Shown here piece by piece: positions 60,256 to 64,000 of a DNA stretch of 64,000 nt. The stretch comes from Patescibacteria group bacterium. GTDB lineage: Bacteria > Patescibacteriota > JABMPQ01. The notes beneath the pieces are model-generated. The model saw only the letters and a list, made by a program, of their open reading frames with translations. It was not told the DNA's origin and searched no databases. The position numbers and the translations under genes were made by a program. The stretch lies in the NCBI GenBank assembly GCA_041749335.1, contig JBGTBM010000009.1:179-64178 (forward strand), in the 5' to 3' direction. Position 1 is the first letter of the stretch; each line of letters begins with the position of its first letter.

Positions 60256-61989
60256 TTAATACCTAATCGCCTCAATCATCGCCGAAAGATTCTTTTCCCA
60301 GTCATTTGAGACTCCATCAGACAATTCAACTGTCAAAGCCGGAATGCGAAAATACTGACTGGCCCAAGAAGATAGATCACCTGATATCGGATAATGCGTC
60401 CAGACATAGCTCTCCTCTGCATCATTATAATGAGAAAATTGATTATAAAATTTGGCGAATTCAAACGACGGCGGATATAAAGCGCCTGGCACTATTTCAG
60501 AAGCAAAAATTTGATCCGCAGCAGAATGATAAGATATTAATTTTTCTACTCTTTCCTTCTCCAAATATTTTTTTAAAGCTTGATTCTCTACTTCACTAAA
60601 AGGATAAGGGCCGCCTGAAACTTGTCTGCTCCAAAGATATCCGATACTGCTCCAATTATTGGTGGCAAAATTTCTATTTAAATCCACGCCATTGGCATTA
60701 TATCTGCTATTACCGCAATATCCGTCCGGATTGTGCATGGGAATAATAATTACTTGATAGCCAAAAGGTATTTTGTCCAAATTATTCTCAATATAAAATT
60801 TCCATCTATTCATTAAAGTAACGGCATTGGCTTCGCTTCCGGCATGCGTTCCCCCAACATAAATAATTTTTTTATAGCCATCGCCGTAAATATAAGATTC
60901 AATGGGCCGATTTTGTACCGAATAACCAATTACTTCCCTAAATTTCAATCGGCGCGACAAAGGCGCGGCAATGATTTCTACTTGATTATCTTTATCAACA
61001 TTGCCCAATATTACAGTAAAGCCCCCGCGAAATTCTTGATCATAGATTTGATAGCTATTAATAATCGGATTGCCGTTTTTATCCAAAATCCGAATAAAGG
61101 GGCTGCCATTGCAATTAGGAACGGTAATTATTTCACTAAACCCGTCATGGTTATAATCCCCGGCTGATATATTTACTCCTCCCTGATAAGCTTCAGCGTA
61201 GGCAATAAAATCACTGATAATTTCATTATTATCCCGATAGATTTTTATTCGGGAAGTAGCAAATTTATTCGCCGCCAGAATGATTTCTTCTTTTTTATCT
61301 CCGATAACATTAGCGACTGTGACATCCACCCCGCCCCGATAATCCGCCGGAAACGGAAAAAAATTTATTCCCATGGAGTTGCCAGCTTTATCAAATGACA
61401 AAACATGGGGACCCCCGCCAACGCCCGCTCCGGTCAAAATTTCACCAATCTCGTCTCCATTAATATCACCGATTGCTACATGAGCTCCGCCTTCAAAATT
61501 TTCATTGTAGGCTAGAAACTGGGAAATTAAATATTCCCGGTTATTTTTTATTTTATATACTTTGATCCAAGCCTGCCCCAATGATTTTTGACTGACCGCA
61601 ATCTCTTGATACTGGTCTTGATCTAAATTTCCGCAAGCGATATCAATCCCGCCATGAAAGTCGGGATGAAAAGCAAAAAATTCATATTTAACTTCTCCGC
61701 TTTGGTCAAAGATTCGGATATGCGGACCGCCGCCAACCCCCGCTCCGGTAATTATTTCATCAACGCCATCCTGATTAAAATCGCAGGCGGCAATATTTAC
61801 TCCTCCGCGAAAATCTTGGCCATAAGCTAAAAAACCGGATTGCTTTTGTAAATTTTCAGAATCAATAATTTGAACATCAGGCGAAGTTTCGTAATAAATC
61901 TGGGCGCTAGTCTGATGAAAGAAAAAACTAAAAGTAAATATAAAAAAAATACCGATTATTAATTTTAAATATTTATAATACTGAATCAT
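60256..61989 (-). CDS. Secreted FG-GAP-repeat beta-propeller fused to an M14 zinc carboxypeptidase domain
   Basis: FG-GAP repeats paralogous to those of 58012-59427. The C-terminus carries HAGSEA (HxxE) and ...PMHNPDGY... and YHSAADQ, which are M14 zinc-ligand motifs. Confidence 0.65.
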   Translation of the reverse strand: MIQYYKYLKLIIGIFFIFTFSFFFHQTSAQIYYETSPDVQIIDSENLQKQSGFLAYGQDFRGGVNIAACDFNQDGVDEIITGAGVGGGPHIRIFDQSGEVKYEFFAFHPDFHGGIDIACGNLDQDQYQEIAVSQKSLGQAWIKVYKIKNNREYLISQFLAYNENFEGGAHVAIGDINGDEIGEILTGAGVGGGPHVLSFDKAGNSMGINFFPFPADYRGGVDVTVANVIGDKKEEIILAANKFATSRIKIYRDNNEIISDFIAYAEAYQGGVNISAGDYNHDGFSEIITVPNCNGSPFIRILDKNGNPIINSYQIYDQEFRGGFTVILGNVDKDNQVEIIAAPLSRRLKFREVIGYSVQNRPIESYIYGDGYKKIIYVGGTHAGSEANAVTLMNRWKFYIENNLDKIPFGYQVIIIPMHNPDGYCGNSRYNANGVDLNRNFATNNWSSIGYLWSRQVSGGPYPFSEVENQALKKYLEKERVEKLISYHSAADQIFASEIVPGALYPPSFEFAKFYNQFSHYNDAEESYVWTHYPISGDLSSWASQYFRIPALTVELSDGVSNDWEKNLSAMIEAIRY

Positions 61990-62026
61990 TTGTTTTTATA
62001 ATCTTGTGTTTTGATGTTTTTATGAT

Positions 62027-64000
62027 TTACTTCCCACAGCACTTCTTATATTTTTTGCCTGAACCGCACGGACACGGATCATTACGATTAATTTTATTAG
62101 TGATAATTTTATCCGAACCTGATGATTTGCCTGAAATATTAGTTTGCATTTTTTCTCTTGATTGTTCTATTTCCGTTTTGGCCGGCTGGCTTAATGCGAC
62201 TTTATAAATTGTATAAACAATCTGCTTTTGAATTGAATCAAGCAGTCCCTGAAACATAAAAAAACTTTCTTTTTTATATTCAACCAAGGGATCTTTTTGC
62301 CCATAACCTCTCAAGCCAATACTGGTACGTAAATGAGACATTCCATCCAGATGCCTCATCCATAAGGAATCAATCGCTTTCAGCATCACAATCCGCTCAA
62401 CTTGCCTCATATTATTAGCATTAATTTCCTGCTCTTTGAGCTGATAATATTTTTGCGCTTGGCTGAATAAATATTTTATAATCTTGGTTTTCATTTCAGG
62501 ATCCTTGCCATCATCTAACCCTTCCTTAACTATTCTTCTTAATTCACCGCTAATATCTTCGGCGGGTGAAAATATTGAAGACGTGGATTCGACTATTTCT
62601 TCAATATTCCAATCATTTTTATTTTCTGAAGCGGTATGATTAGATACAATTTTTTCAATTTCATTTTCAATTAACTCATAAATCATATTTGTAAGGCTCT
62701 TAACCTTATATTTTTCTTTTTGACCCAGCGCTCTTAACAATTCATTCTCCCAAGACTTGAGAATATTATTGCGGCGCTTATAAATCACTTCACGATGTTT
62801 ATTCATAACATCGTCATATTCCAGTACATGCTTGCGGATATCAAAATTGTTGCCCTCGACTTTTTTCTGAGCGGATTCAATCGATCGAGAAATCATGCGA
62901 TGCTGGATTGGCTGATCTTCCGGAATTCTGAGCGCTTCCATCATCATTTTCATTTTATCGGAACCGAACAGCCTCATTAAATCGTCTTCCATGGAAACAT
63001 AAAATTGTGTAGTGCCCGGATCTCCCTGCCGGCCTGATCTGCCACGCAGCTGATTATCAATCCGCCTCGCTTCATGTCGTTCGGTTCCAATAACCAGCAA
63101 GCCTCCGGCCTTTTTCACTTCTTCCGCTTCAGCCTGATTGCAAGGATTACCCCCCAAAATAATATCCACTCCGCGGCCAGCCATGTTGGTGGCTACAGTT
63201 ACCGCTCCCTTCTTTCCGGCCTGCGCAATGATTTCACCTTCTTTTTCATGATTTTTAGCATTTAAAACATTGTGTTTAATTCCTGCTCGAGCGAACATAC
63301 CGCTTAAAAGCTCATTCTTTTCAATTGATACCGTTCCAATTAATATCGGCTGACCGGCCGCAGTTCTTTCTTTCACAATATTAACGATAGCATTGTATTT
63401 TCCAATTTCATTCTTGTATATATTATCATTCAAATCCTGCCTAACCATATTTTTATTGGTAGGAACAATCACCACATCCAATTTATATACTTTAGAAAAT
63501 TCTTCGGCAGAAGTTGCGGCAGTTCCCGTCATGCCGCCCAATTTGCCATACATGCGAAAATAATTTTGAAAAGTTATTGTAGCCAATGTCTTACTTTCTC
63601 TTTGTATTTCTACTCCTTCTTTTGCCTCTATCGCCTGATGTAAACCTTCTGAATATCGCCTACCCGGCATCAATCTTCCGGTAAATTCATCAACAATTAT
63701 TACTTCATCGCCCTTGACCACATAATCACGATCGCGCAGAAATAAAGTATGAGCTTTCAAAGCCTGTTCAATATGATGCACTGTCTCTATTCCCCGCTCT
63801 TCATAAATATTTTTAACTCCCAGGATTTTTTCCAAATTGGCTATACCCTTTTCGGTTAATGTCGTCGCTTTTAATTTCTCGTCCACATTAAAATCCACAT
63901 TCTCTTTAAGTTTAGGAACTATTTGCGCGAATGATTTATATTTATCAGTCGATTCCTCGGCCGGTGCAGAAATAATCAGCGGAGTCCTAGCTTCATCGAT
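62027..64000 (-). CDS. secA: Preprotein translocase ATPase SecA (5'-partial; N-terminus beyond window end)
   Basis: IDEARTPLIIS, ATNMAGRGVDIILGGN and the C-terminal zinc finger CPCGSGKKYKKCCG. The frame is open to position 64000. Confidence 0.9.
   Translation of the reverse strand: MDEARTPLIISAPAEESTDKYKSFAQIVPKLKENVDFNVDEKLKATTLTEKGIANLEKILGVKNIYEERGIETVHHIEQALKAHTLFLRDRDYVVKGDEVIIVDEFTGRLMPGRRYSEGLHQAIEAKEGVEIQRESKTLATITFQNYFRMYGKLGGMTGTAATSAEEFSKVYKLDVVIVPTNKNMVRQDLNDNIYKNEIGKYNAIVNIVKERTAAGQPILIGTVSIEKNELLSGMFARAGIKHNVLNAKNHEKEGEIIAQAGKKGAVTVATNMAGRGVDIILGGNPCNQAEAEEVKKAGGLLVIGTERHEARRIDNQLRGRSGRQGDPGTTQFYVSMEDDLMRLFGSDKMKMMMEALRIPEDQPIQHRMISRSIESAQKKVEGNNFDIRKHVLEYDDVMNKHREVIYKRRNNILKSWENELLRALGQKEKYKVKSLTNMIYELIENEIEKIVSNHTASENKNDWNIEEIVESTSSIFSPAEDISGELRRIVKEGLDDGKDPEMKTKIIKYLFSQAQKYYQLKEQEINANNMRQVERIVMLKAIDSLWMRHLDGMSHLRTSIGLRGYGQKDPLVEYKKESFFMFQGLLDSIQKQIVYTIYKVALSQPAKTEIEQSREKMQTNISGKSSGSDKIITNKINRNDPCPCGSGKKYKKCCGK

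Noticed and set aside
1-64000. Alternative genetic code (UGA recoded to Gly, as in some CPR lineages)
   Set aside because: Conserved genes (pyrG, aspS, secA, metK and others) have normal lengths and terminate cleanly at standard stops, so the standard bacterial code fits.
1-64000. CRISPR array, transposase/IS element, prophage or integrase
   Set aside because: There is no repeat-spacer periodicity and no transposase or integrase-like ORF. The only internal duplication is the flippase fossil, which lacks terminal inverted repeats.

Overview
This is a low-GC window (roughly 30% GC by eye) with tightly packed genes, typical of a small-genome bacterium. A CPR/Patescibacteria-like organism is my inference and not established; only the genetic code is supported by the sequence: genes terminate at ordinary TAA/TAG/TGA stops, so the standard bacterial code applies. 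I found no rRNA, tRNA, CRISPR array, transposase or integrase.

Layout of the window:
- 1-495: 3' end of a Ser/Thr/Gly-rich surface protein with a C-terminal membrane-anchor or sorting-like signal.
- 496-1390: unusually long intergenic region holding a GC-rich island of strong hairpins (about 570-870).
- 1.4-13.1 kb: housekeeping genes. These are a pentapeptide-repeat protein, the IscU/NifS Fe-S pair, a class I aminoacyl-tRNA synthetase most likely ValRS, an Ada-like zinc-domain protein, L27, CTP synthase, L9, acylphosphatase, a DUF1232 protein, a CtpA-type protease and a DUF4012-like envelope protein.
- 13.2-44.9 kb: a roughly 31-kb surface-glycan or glycoprotein-glycosylation island.
- 44.9-46.1 kb: a GC-rich, probably horizontally acquired lipoprotein with MopE-like Cys repeats and a LamG-like domain.
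- 46.2-64 kb: a long minus-strand block. It runs ugd, metK, gmd, rmd (GDP-D-rhamnose), galE, an rmlA-like gene, rmlD, a ybaK-like gene, aspS, secF, secD, an FG-GAP/L,D-transpeptidase fusion, a lipoprotein on the plus strand, an FG-GAP/M14 carboxypeptidase fusion, and secA, which is truncated by the window end.

Contents of the glycan island:
- about 15 GT2/GT4 glycosyltransferases.
- two GtrB/DPM1-like polyprenyl-phosphate glycosyltransferases, each next to a GT-C-like membrane protein; one set also has a GtrA-like small flippase.
- two Wzx flippases and a Wzy/WaaL-like polymerase.
- a sulfotransferase and two SAM methyltransferases.
- a fusion of a 2x[4Fe-4S] FrhB-like domain with a polysaccharide pyruvyl transferase.
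- a cluster of decaying genes between 38.9 and 43.7 kb: a flippase remnant, a frameshifted methyltransferase and a CapK-like ligase with an in-frame stop.

The most interesting candidate system is the extracytoplasmic glycosylation machinery. It consists of the two GtrB-like/GT-C pairs (one with a GtrA-like small flippase) together with the sulfation, pyruvylation-plus-redox and D-rhamnose genes. Together these point to a heavily decorated surface glycan or glycoprotein, and the Ser/Thr-rich surface protein at the window start is a possible substrate.
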